Source: Lingula anatina (lineage: Eukaryota > Animalia > Brachiopoda). From it: 64,000 bases of DNA. This document shows positions 1 to 12,600 of the stretch, in pieces (positions within the stretch are counted from its first letter, which is position 1; every line of letters starts with the position of its first letter). The notes beneath the pieces are model-generated. The model was not told the origin of the DNA, did not search any database, and saw only the letters and a list, made by a program, of their open reading frames with translations. The stretch is taken from positions 29,593,967-29,657,966 of the forward strand of contig CM120640.1 of assembly GCA_051362555.1 (NCBI GenBank). Direction: 5' to 3'. The translations under genes and the position numbers were made by a program.

Positions 1-3000
1 CATCTTGCAGAGGTAGTAAGGAGAACTCTTGTATGGGTATATATTGTTTTGATCAATTTCCCATACACATGACACTTAAAAAAAAAGACTCAGATAACTG
101 ATCAGCTTATCACAGATTTTTATTGTTGTTAAACATCATTTGTACAAATTTCAGAAATATTGGACTAGATTTGACAAAAATATTAACGTTTAACTATTAT
201 AAGTCATAAAATATCCCAGTCTTTTCAGTGTAATTTTCAGTTCTCCCAAATATATTGTTCAAAAAACACTTTTTATTCAATACAGACAACTGATCAGCTT
301 ATCTCTGATTTTTGTTGTAGTTAAGCATCATTTGTACAAATTTCAGAAATATAGGACAAGATTTGACAAAATTATTAACGTTTAACTATTTTAAGGCCTG
401 GGATTTACCAGTCTTTTCAGTGTAATTTTCAGTTCTCCCAAATATATTGTTCCAAAAAACACTTTTTATTAGACACAGTCATCTGATCAGCTTATCTCAG
501 ATTTTTGTTGTTGTTAAGCATTATTTGTACAAATTTCAGAAATATTGGACAAGATTTGACAAAATTATTAATGTTTAACTATTTTAAGTCATAAAATATC
601 CCAGTCTTTTCAGTGTAATTTTCAGTTCTCCCAAATATATTGTTCCAAAAAACACTTTTTATTCAATACAGACAACTGATCAGCTTATCTCTGATTTTTG
701 TTGTTGTTAAGCATCATTTGTACAAATTTCAGAAATATAGGACAAAATTTGACAAAATTATTAACGTTTAACTATTTTAAGGCCTGGGATTTTCCAGTCT
801 TTTCAATGTAATTTTCAGTTTTCCTAAATATGTTTTCCCAAAAAACACTTTTTATTACACACAGACAACTGATCAGCTTATCACAGATTTTTGTTGTAGT
901 TAAGCATCATTTGTACAAATTTCAGAAATATAGGACAAAATTTGACAAAATTATTAACGTTTAACTATTTTAAGGCCTGGGATTTGCCAGTCTTATCAGT
1001 GTAATTTTCAGTTCTCCCATATATATTGTTCCAAAAAGCACTTTTTATTAGACACAGTCAACTGATCAGCTTATCTCAGATTTTTGTTGTTGTTAAGCAT
1101 CATTTGTACAAATTTCAGAAATGTTGGGCAAGATTTGACAAAATTAACGTTTAACTATTTTAATTAAGTCACTGAATTTGTCATTCTTTTCAAATGTAAT
1201 TTTCAGTCCTTTCAGTTATATTGTTCTTGTTTCAGAGTACCCTCACCATGAAAAAGCTGAAAAGGCAGGCAGTGAAAGATACCACCAAGAGCAGCACTGT
1301 GTCTTCTCCATGTGTACAATACATGATATTTGGCAAGATTTAGGGCCTTGTTGAGTATTGTGATAACAACAACCCCTTCCAGAAAGGAGTAATCTGCATC
1401 TTGCAGAGGTAGTAAGGAGAACTCTTGTATGGGTATATATTGTTTTGATCAATTTCCCATACACATGACACTTAAAAAAAAAGACTCAGATAACTGATCA
1501 GCTTATCACAGATTTTTATTGTTGTTAAACATCATTTGTACAAATTTCAGAAATATTGGACTAGATTTGACAAAAATATTAACGTTTAACTATTATAAGT
1601 CATAAAATATCCCAGTCTTTTCAGTGTAATTTTCAGTTCTCCCAAATATATTGTTCAAAAAACACTTTTTATTCAATACAGACAACTGATCAGCTTATCT
1701 CTGATTTTTGTTGTAGTTAAGCATCATTTGTACAAATTTCAGAAATATAGGACAAGATTTGACAAAATTATTAACGTTTAACTATTTTAAGGCCTGGGAT
1801 TTACCAGTCTTTTCAGTGTAATTTTCAGTTCTCCCAAATATATTGTTCCAAAAAACACTTTTTATTAGACACAGTCATCTGATCAGCTTATCTCAGATTT
1901 TTGTTGTTGTTAAGCATTATTTGTACAAATTTCAGAAATATTGGACAAGATTTGACAAAATTATTAATGTTTAACTATTTTAAGTCATAAAATATCCCAG
2001 TCTTTTCAGTGTAATTTTCAGTTCTCCCAAATATATTGTTCCAAAAAACACTTTTTATTCAATACAGACAACTGATCAGCTTATCTCTGATTTTTGTTGT
2101 TGTTAAGCATCATTTGTACAAATTTCAGAAATATAGGACAAAATTTGACAAAATTATTAACGTTTAACTATTTTAAGGCCTGGGATTTTCCAGTCTTTTC
2201 AATGTAATTTTCAGTTTTCCTAAATATGTTTTCCCAAAAAACACTTTTTATTACACACAGACAACTGATCAGCTTATCACAGATTTTTGTTGTAGTTAAG
2301 CATCATTTGTACAAATTTCAGAAATATAGGACAAGATTTGACAAAATTATTAACGTTTAACTATTTTAAGGCCTGGGATTTACCAGTCTTTTCAGTGTAA
2401 TTTTCAGTTCTCCCAAATATATTGTTCCAAAAAACACTTTTTATTAGACACAGTCATCTGATCAGCTTATCTCAGATTTTTGTTGTTGTTAAGCATTATT
2501 TGTACAAATTTCAGAAATATTGGACAAGATTTGACAAAATTATTAATGTTTAACTATTTTAAGTCATAAAATATCCCAGTCTTTTCAGTGTAATTTTCAG
2601 TTCTCCCAAATATATTGTTCTAAAAAACACTTTTTATTAGACTCAGATAACTGATCAGCATATCACAGATTTTGATTATTGTTAAGCATCATTTCTACAA
2701 ATTTCAGAAATATAAGACAAAATTTGACAAAATTATTAATGTTTAACTATTTTAAGGCCTGGGATTTGCCAGTCTTTTCAATGTAATTTTCAGTTTTCCC
2801 AAATATGTTGTCCAAAAAACACTTTTCATTACACACAGACAACTGATCAGCTTATCACAGATTTTTGTTGTTGTTAAGCATCATTTGTACAAATTTCAGA
2901 AATATAGGACAAAATTTGACAAAATTATTAACGTTTAACTATTTTAAGGCCTGGGATTTGCCAGTCTTTTCAGTGTAATTTTCAGTTCTCCCATATATAT

Positions 3001-6000
3001 TGTTCCAAAAAGCACTTTTTATTAGACACAGTCAACTGATCAGCTTATCTCAGATTTTTGTTGTTGTTAAGCATCATTTGTACAAATTTCAGAAATGTTG
3101 GGCAAGATTTGACAAAATTAACGTTTAACTATTTTAATTAAGTCACTGAATTTGTCATTCTTTTCAAATGTAATTTTCAGTCCTTTCAGTTATATTGTTC
3201 TTGTTTCAGAGTACCCTCACCATGAAAAAGCTGAAAAGGCAGGCAGTGAAAGATACCACCAAGAGCAGCACTGTGTCTTCTCCATGTGTACAATACATGA
3301 TATTTGGCAAGATTTAGGGCCTTGTTGAGTATTGTGATAACAACAACCCCTTCCAGAAAGGAGTAATCTGCATCTTGCAGAGGTAGTAAGGAGAACTCGT
3401 GTATGGGTATATATTGTTTTCCAGATGACAGTTATAGGTAATTTGCAACCTCTTACACAAACAACCTCAAACCATCACATTTGCTGTTTACATTCAGAGT
3501 AAATAATACATTGCAATATTGAAATATTTGTTTTGGTTAATTCTCACTCTTCTGATGATCAATTTCCCATACATGTGACACTTAAAAAAAAAGACTCAGA
3601 TAACTGATCAGCTTATCACAGATTTTTATTGTTGTTAAGCATCATTTGTACAAATTTCATAAATATTGGACTAGATTTGACAAAATTATTAACGTTTAAC
3701 TATTTTAAGTCATAAAATATCCCAGTCTTTTCAGCGTAATTTTCAGTTCTCCCAAATATATTGTTCCAAAAAACAATTTTCATTAGACACAGTCAATTGA
3801 TCAGCTTATCTCAGATTTTTGTTGTTGTTAAGCATCATTAGTACAAATTTCAGAAATATAGGACAATAGTTGACAAAATTATTAACGTTTAACTATTTCA
3901 AGTCCTGCGAATTCCCAGTCTTTTCAATGTAATTTTTGGTTTTCGCAAATATATTGTCCTAAAAAACACTTTTTATTCAATACAGACAACTGAACAGCTT
4001 ATCTCTGATTTTTGTTGTTGTTAAGCATCATTTGTACAAATTTCAGAAATATAGGACAAAATTTGACAAAATTATTAACGTTTAACTATTTTTAGACCTG
4101 GTATTTTCCAGTCTTTTCAATGTAATTTTCAGTTTTCCCAAATATGTTGTCCCAAAAAACACTTTTCATTACACACAGACAACTGATCAGCTTATCACAG
4201 ATTTTTGTTGTTGTTAAGCATTATTTGTACAAATTTCAGAAATATTGGACAAGATTTGACAAAATTATTAATGTTTAACTATTTTAAGTCATAAAATATC
4301 CCAGTCTTTTCAGTGTAATTTTCAGTTCTCCCAAATATATTGTTCTAAAAAACACTTTTTATTAGACTCAGATAACTGATCAGCTTATCACAGATTTTTA
4401 TTATTGTTAAGCATCATTTGTACAAATTTCAGAAATATTCCACCAGATTTGACAAAATTATTAATGTTTAACTATTGTAAGGTCTGGGTTTTGCCAGTCT
4501 TTTCATTGTAATTTTCAGTTTTCCCAAATATGTTGTCCCAAAAAACACTTTTCATTAGACACAGACAACTGATCAGCTTATCACAGATATTTATTGTTGT
4601 TAAGCATCATTTGTACAAATTTCATAAATATTGGACTAGATTTGACAAAATTATTAACGTTTTACTATTTCAAGTCCTGCGAATTCCCAGTCTTTTCAGT
4701 GTAATTTTCAGTTCTCCCAAATATATTGTTCCAAAAAACACTTTTCATAAGACACAGTCAATTGATCAGCTTATCTCAGATTTTTGTTGTTGTTAAGCAT
4801 CATTTGTACAAATTTCAGAAATATAAGACAAAATTTGACAAAGTTATTAACGTTTAACTATTTTAAGGCCTGGGATTTGCCAGTCTTTTCAATGTAATTT
4901 CAGTTTTCCCAAATAGGTTGTCCAAAAAAAAACACTTTTCATTACACACAGACAACTGATCAGCTTATCACAGATTTTTGTTGTAGTTAAGCATCATTTG
5001 TACAAATTTCAGAAATGTTGGACCAGACTAGACAAAATTATTAACGTTTAACTATTTTAAGGCCTGGGATTTGCCAGTCTTTTCAGTGTAATTTTCAGTT
5101 CTCCCATATATATTGTTCCAAAAAGCACTTTTTATTAGACACAGTCAACTGATCAGCTTATCTCAGATTTTTGTTGTTGTTAAGCATCATTTGTACAAAT
5201 TTCAGAAATGTTGGGCAAGATTTGACAAAATTAACGTTTAACTATTTTAATTAAGTCACTGAATTTGTCATTCTTTTCAAATGTAATTTTCAGTCCTTTC
5301 AGTTATATTGTTCTTGTTTCAGAGTACCCTCACCATGAAAAAGCTGAAAAGGCAGGCAGTGAAAGATACCACCAAGAGCAGCACTGTGTCTTCTCCATGT
5401 GTACAATACATGATATTTGGCAAGATTTAGGGCCTTGTTGAGTATTGTGATAACAACAACCCCTTCCAGAAAGGAGTAATCTGCATCTTGCAGAGGTAGT
5501 AAGGAGAACTCGTGTATGGGTATATATTGTTTTCCAGATGACAGTTATAGGTAATTTGCAACCTCTTACACAAACAACCTCAAATCATCACATTTGCTGT
5601 TTACATTCAGAGTAAATAATACATTGCAATATTGAAATATTTGTTTTGGTTAATTCTCACTCTTCTGATGATCAATTTCCCATACATGTGACACTTAAAA
5701 AAAAAGACTCAGATAACTGATCAGCTTATCACAGATTTTTATTGTTGTTAAGCATCATTTGTACAAATTTCATAAATATTGGACTAGATTTGACAAAATT
5801 ATTAACGTTTAACTATTTTAAGTCATAAAATATCCCAGTCTTTTCAGCGTAATTTTCAGTTCTCCCAAATATATTGTTCCAAAAAACAATTTTCATTAGA
5901 CACAGTCAATTGATCAGCTTATCTCAGATTTTTGTTGTTGTTAAGCATCATTAGTACAAATTTCAGAAATATAGGACAATAGTTGACAAAATTATTAACG

Positions 6001-9000
6001 TTTAACTATTTCAAGTCCTGCGAATTCCCAGTCTTTTCAATGTAATTTTTGGTTTTCGCAAATATATTGTCCTAAAAAACACTTTTTATTCAATACAGAC
6101 AACTGAACAGCTTATCTCTGATTTTTGTTGTTGTTAAGCATCATTTGTACAAATTTCAGAAATATAGGACAAAATTTGACAAAATTATTAACGTTTAACT
6201 ATTTTTAGACCTGGTATTTTCCAGTCTTTTCAATGTAATTTTCAGTTTTCCCAAATATGTTGTCCCAAAAAACACTTTTCATTACACACAGACAACTGAT
6301 CAGCTTATCACAGATTTTTGTTGTTGTTAAGCATTATTTGTACAAATTTCAGAAATATTGGACAAGATTTGACAAAATTATTAATGTTTAACTATTTTAA
6401 GTCATAAAATATCCCAGTCTTTTCAGTGTAATTTTCAGTTCTCCCAAATATATTGTTCTAAAAAACACTTTTTATTAGACTCAGATAACTGATCAGCTTA
6501 TCACAGATTTTTATTATTGTTAAGCATCATTTGTACAAATTTCAGAAATATTCCACCAGATTTGACAAAATTATTAATGTTTAACTATTGTAAGGTCTGG
6601 GTTTTGCCAGTCTTTTCATTGTAATTTTCAGTTTTCCCAAATATGTTGTCCCAAAAAACACTTTTCATTAGACACAGACAACTGATCAGCTTATCACAGA
6701 TATTTATTGTTGTTAAGCATCATTTGTACAAATTTCATAAATATTGGACTAGATTTGACAAAATTATTAACGTTTTACTATTTCAAGTCCTGCGAATTCC
6801 CAGTCTTTTCAGTGTAATTTTCAGTTCTCCCAAATATATTGTTCCAAAAAACACTTTTCATAAGACACAGTCAATTGATCAGCTTATCTCAGATTTTTGT
6901 TGTTGTTAAGCATCATTTGTACAAATTTCAGAAATATAAGACAAAATTTGACAAAGTTATTAACGTTTAACTATTTTAAGGCCTGGGATTTGCCAGTCTT
7001 TTCAATGTAATTTCAGTTTTCCCAAATAGGTTGTCCAAAAAAAACACTTTTCATTACACACAGACAACTGATCAGCTTATCACAGATTTTTGTTGTAGTT
7101 AAGCATCATTTGTACAAATTTCAGAAATGTTGGACCAGACTAGACAAAATTATTAACGTTTAACTATTTTAATTAAATCACCGAATTTGTCATTCTTTTC
7201 AAATGTAATTTTCAGTCCTTTAAGTTATATTGTTCTTCTTTCAGAGTACCCTCACCATGAAAAAGCTGAAAAAGCAGGCAGTGAAAGATACCACCAAGAG
7301 CAGCACTGTGTCTTCTCCATGTGTACAATACATGATATTTGGCAAGATTTAGGGCCTTGTTGAGTATTGTAATAACAACAACCCCTTCCAGAAAGGAGTA
7401 ATCTGCATCTTGCAGAGGTAGTAAGGAGAACTCTTGTATGGGTATATATTGTTTTCCAGATGACAGTTATAGGTAATTTGCAACCTCTTACACAAACAAC
7501 TTCAAATCATCACATTTGCTGTTTACTTTCAGAGTAAATAATACATTGCAATATTGAAATATTTGTTTTGGTTAATTCTCACTCTTCTGATGATCAATTT
7601 CCCATACACTTGACACTTAAAAGAAAAGACTCAGATAACTGATCAGCTTATCACAGATTTTTATTATTGTTAAGCGTCATTTGTACAAATTTCAGAAATA
7701 TTCCACCAGATTTGACAAAATTATTAATATTTAACTATTGTAAGGTCTGGGTTTTGCCAGTCTTTTCAATGTAATTTTCAGTTTTCCCAAATATGTTGTC
7801 CCAAAAAACACTTTTCATTAGACACAGACAACTGATCAGCTTATCACAGATTTTTATTGTTGTTAAGCATCATTTGTACAAATTTCATAAATATTGGACT
7901 AGATTTGACAAAATTATTAACGTTTTACTATTTTAAGTCATAAAATATCCGTCTTTTCAGTGTAATTTTCAGTTCTCCCAAATATATTGTTCCAAAAAAC
8001 ACTTTTTATTCAATACAGACAACTGATCAGCTTATCTCTGATTTTTGTTGTTGTTAAGCATCATTTGTACAAATTTCAGAAATATAGGACAAAATTTGAC
8101 AAAATTATTAACGTTTAACTATTTTAAGGCCTGGGATTTTCCAGTCTTTTCAATGTAATTTTCAGTTTTCCCAAATATGTTGTCCCAAAAAACACTTTTT
8201 ATTACACACAGACAACTGATCAGCTTATCACAGATTTTTGTTGTAGTTAAGCATCATTTGTACAAATTTCAGAAATATAGGACAAGATTTGACAAAATTA
8301 TTAACGTTTAACTATTTTAAGGCCTGGGATTTACCAGTCTTTTCAGTGTAATTTTCAGTTCTCCCAAATATATTGTTCCAAAAAAACACTTTTTATTAGA
8401 CACAGTCATCTGATCAGCTTATCTCAGATTTTTGTTGTTGTTAAGCATTATTTGTACAAATTTCAGAAATATTGGACAAGATTTGACAAAATTATTAATG
8501 TTTAACTATTTTAAGTCATAAAATATCCCAGTCTTTTCAGTGTAATTTTCAGTTCTCCCAAATATATTGTTCTAAAAAACACTTTTTATTAGACTCAGAT
8601 AACTGATCAGCATATCACAGATTTTGATTATTGTTAAGCATCATTTCTACAAATTTCAGAAATATAGGACAAAATTTGACAAAATTATTAACGTTTAACT
8701 ATTTTAAGGCCTGGGATTTGCCAGTCTTTTCAATGTAATTTTCAGTTTTCCCAAATATGTTGTCCCAAAAAACACTTTTCATTACACACAGACAACTGAT
8801 CAGCTTATCACAGATTTTTGTTGTTGTTAAGCATCATTTGTACAAATTTCAGAAATATAGGACAAAATTTGACAAAATTATTAACGTTTAACTATTTTAA
8901 GGCCTGGGATTTGCCAGTCTTTTCAGTGTAATTTTCAGTTCTCCCATATATATTGTTCCAAAAAGCACTTTTTATTAGACACAGTCAACTGATCAGCTTA

Positions 9001-11082
9001 TCTCAGATTTTTGTTGTTGTTAAGCATCATTTGTACAAATTTCAGAAATGTTGGGCAAGATTTGACAAAATTAACGTTTAACTATTTTAATTAAGTCACT
9101 GAATTTGTCATTCTTTTCAAATGTAATTTTCAGTCCTTTCAGTTATATTGTTCTTGTTTCAGAGTACCCTCACCATGAAAAAGCTGAAAAGGCAGGCAGT
9201 GAAAGATACCACCAAGAGCAGCACTGTGTCTTCTCCATGTGTACAATACATGATATTTGGCAAGATTTAGGGCCTTGTTGAGTATTGTGATAACAACAAC
9301 CCCTTCCAGAAAGGAGTAATCTGCATCTTGCAGAGGTAGTAAGGAGAACTCGTGTATGGGTATATATTGTTTTCCAGATGACAGTTATAGGTAATTTGCA
9401 ACCTCTTACACAAACAACCTCAAATCATCACATTTGCTGTTTACATTCAGAGTAAATAATACATTGCAATATTGAAATATTTGTTTTGGTTAATTCTCAC
9501 TCTTCTGATGATCAATTTCCCATACATGTGACACTTAAAAAAAAAGACTCAGATAACTGATCAGCTTATCACAGATTTTTATTGTTGTTAAGCATCATTT
9601 GTACAAATTTCATAAATATTGGACTAGATTTGACAAAATTATTAACGTTTAACTATTTTAAGTCATAAAATATCCCAGTCTTTTCAGCGTAATTTTCAGT
9701 TCTCCCAAATATATTGTTCCAAAAAACACTTTTCATTAGACACAGTCAATTGATCAGCTTATCTCAGATTTTTGTTGTTGTTAAGCATCATTAGTACAAA
9801 TTTCAGAAATATAGGACAATATTTGACAAAATTATTAACGTTAAATATTTCAAGTCCTGCGAATTCCCAGTCTTTTCAATGTAATTTTTGGTTTTCGCAA
9901 ATATATTGTCCTAAAAAACACTTTTTATTCAATACAGACAACTGATCAGCTTATCTCTGATTTTTGTTGTTGTTAAGCATCATTTGTACAAATTTCAGAA
10001 ATATAGGACAAAATTTGACAAAATTATTAACGTTTAACTATTTTTAGGCCTGGTATTTTCCAGTCTTTTCAATGTAATTTTCAGTTTTCCCAAATATGTT
10101 GTCCCAAAAAACACTTTTCATTACACACAGACAACTGATCAGCTTATCACAGATTTTTGTTGTTGTTAAGCATTATTTGTACAAATTTCAGAAATATTGG
10201 ACAAGATTTGACAAAATTATTAATGTTTAACTATTTTAAGTCATAAAATATCCCAGTCTTTTAAGTGTAATTTTCAGTTTTCCCAAATATATTGTTCTAA
10301 AAAACACTTTTTATTAGACTCAGATAACTGATCAGCTTATCACAGATTTTTATTATTGTTAAGCATCATTTGTACAAATTTCAGAAATATTCCACCAGAT
10401 TTGACAAAATTATTAATGTTTAACTATTGTAAGGTCTGGGTTTTGCCAGTCTTTTCAATGTAATTTTCAGTTTTCCCAAATATGTTGTCCCAAAAAACAC
10501 TTTTCATTAGACACAGACAACTGATCAGCTTATCACAGATATTTATTGTTGTTAAGCATCATTTGTACAAATTTCATAAATATTGGACTAGATTTGACAA
10601 AATTATTAACGTTTTACTATTTCAAGTCCTGCGAATTCCCAGTCTTTTCAGTGTAATTTTCAGTTCTCCCAAATATATTGTTCCAAAAAACACTTTTCAT
10701 AAGACACAGTCAATTGATCAGCTTATCTCAGATTTTTGTTGTTGTTAAGCATCATTTGTACAAATTTCAGAAATATAAGACAAAATTTGACAAAGTTATT
10801 AACGTTTAACTATTTTAAGGCCTGGGATTTGCCAGTCTTTTCAATGTAATTTCAGTTTTCCCAAATAGGTTGTCCAAAAAAACACTTTTCATTACACACA
10901 GACAACTGATCAGCTTATCACAGATTTTTGTTGTAGTTAAGCATCATTTGTACAAATTTCAGAAATGTTGGACCAGACTAGACAAAATTATTAACGTTTA
11001 ACTATTTTAATTAAATCACCGAATTTGTCATTCTTTTCAAATGTAATTTTCAGTCCTTTAAGTTATATTGTTCTTCTTTCAG

Positions 11083-11310
11083 AGTACCCTCACCATGAAA
11101 AAGCTGAAAAAGCAGGCAGTGAAAGATACCACCAAGAGCAGCACTGTGTCTTCTCCATGTGTACAATACATGATATTTGGCAAGATTTAGGGCCTTGTTG
11201 AGTATTGTGATAACAACAACCCCTTCCAGAAAGGAGTAATCTGCATCTTGCAGAGGTAGTAAGGAGAACTCTTGTATGGGTATATATTGTTTTCCAGATG
11301 ACAGTTATAG
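11083..11310 (+). pseudogene. Decayed integrase HHCC zinc-binding exon of a Ginger-like element (representative copy; repeated as the satellite spacer at ~1236, 3211, 5323, 7245, 9163)
   Basis: Bounded by ttctttcAG and ATAG|GTAATT. Reads ...QYMIFGKI*GLVEYCDNNNPFQK here and QYMICGKI*DIVKYCANSNPFQK...LHL...VWVY...VIG in the 56-58 kb copies. This matches the integrase pattern YYWPGMxKDVxxYCxxCxxCQ...LHPI...W...DLIG, and AGC/TTC are each one substitution from TGC. Confidence 0.68.
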
Positions 11311-12437
11311 GTAATTTGCAACCTCTTACACAAACAACTTCAAATCATCACATTTGCTGTTTACTTTCAGAGTAAATAATACATTGCAATATTGAAATAT
11401 TTGTTTTGGTTAATTCTCACTCTTCTGATGATCAATTTCCCATACACTTGACACTTAAAAGAAAAGACTCAGATAACTGATCAGCTTATCACAGATTTTT
11501 ATTATTGTTAAGCGTCATTTGTACAAATTTCAGAAATATTCCACCAGATTTGACAAAATTATTAATATTTAACTATTGTAAGGTCTGGGTTTTGCCAGTC
11601 TTTTCAATGTAATTTTCAGTTTTCCCAAATATGTTGTCCCAAAAAACACTTTTCATTAGACACAGACAACTGATCAGCTTATCACAGATTTTTATTGTTG
11701 TTAAGCATCATTTGTACAAATTTCATAAATATTGGACTAGATTTGACAAAATTATTAACGTTTTACTATTTCAAGTCCTGTGAATTCCCAGTCTTTTCAG
11801 TGTAATTTTCAGTTCTCCCAAATATATTGTTCCAAAAAACACTTTCATTAGACACAGTCAATTGATCAGCTTATCTCAGATTTTTTTTGTTGTTAAGCAT
11901 CATTTGTACAAATTTCAGAAATATAGGACAAAATTTGACAAAATTATTAACGTTTAACTATTTTAAGGCCTGGGATTTGCCAGTCTTTTCAATGTAATTT
12001 TCAGTTTTCCCAAATAGGTTGTCCAAAAAAAACACTTTTCATTACACACAGACAACTGATCAGCTTATCACAGATTTTTGTTGTAGTTAAGCATCATTTG
12101 TACAAATTTCAGAAATGTTGGACCAGACTAGACAAATTTATTAACGTTTAACTATTTTAATTAAGTCACAACCTCAAATCATCACATTTGCTGTTTACAT
12201 TCAGAGTAAATAATACATTGCAATATTGAAATATTTGTTTTGGTTAATTCTCACTCTTCTGTTGATCAATTTCCCATACACTTGACACTTAAAAAAAAGA
12301 CTCAGATAACTGATCAGCTTACCACAGATTTTTATTATTGTTAAGCATCATTTGTACAGATTTCAGAAACACTGGACAAGATTTGTCAAAATTATTAATG
12401 TTTAACTATTTTAAGTCACAGTGTTTTCAGTGTAATT

Positions 12438-12600
12438 ATTCAATTCAATTCAATTTATTTCTGTACTGGTACATAGATTGTCATGACCTTATACAATATG
12501 ATATACTAATGACCATACAATACAGTTAGTGCATTACCATTTCTCTAGTTAGTATTATGTTGCCTAGCCATTTGTGAATGAATAAATAATCTTTATATAA
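12438..12600 (-). mobile_element. Short 3' end of a LINE or SINE inserted in the decayed end of the satellite
   Basis: The + strand ATTCAATTCAATTCAATTTATT reads AATAAA followed by an (ATTGA)n tail on the minus strand. It interrupts a satellite monomer. Confidence 0.5.

Noticed and set aside
4530-10748. Three identical 88-aa ORFs
   Set aside because: Chance open frames across 193-bp monomers, copied by the higher-order duplication, with no protein-like signal.
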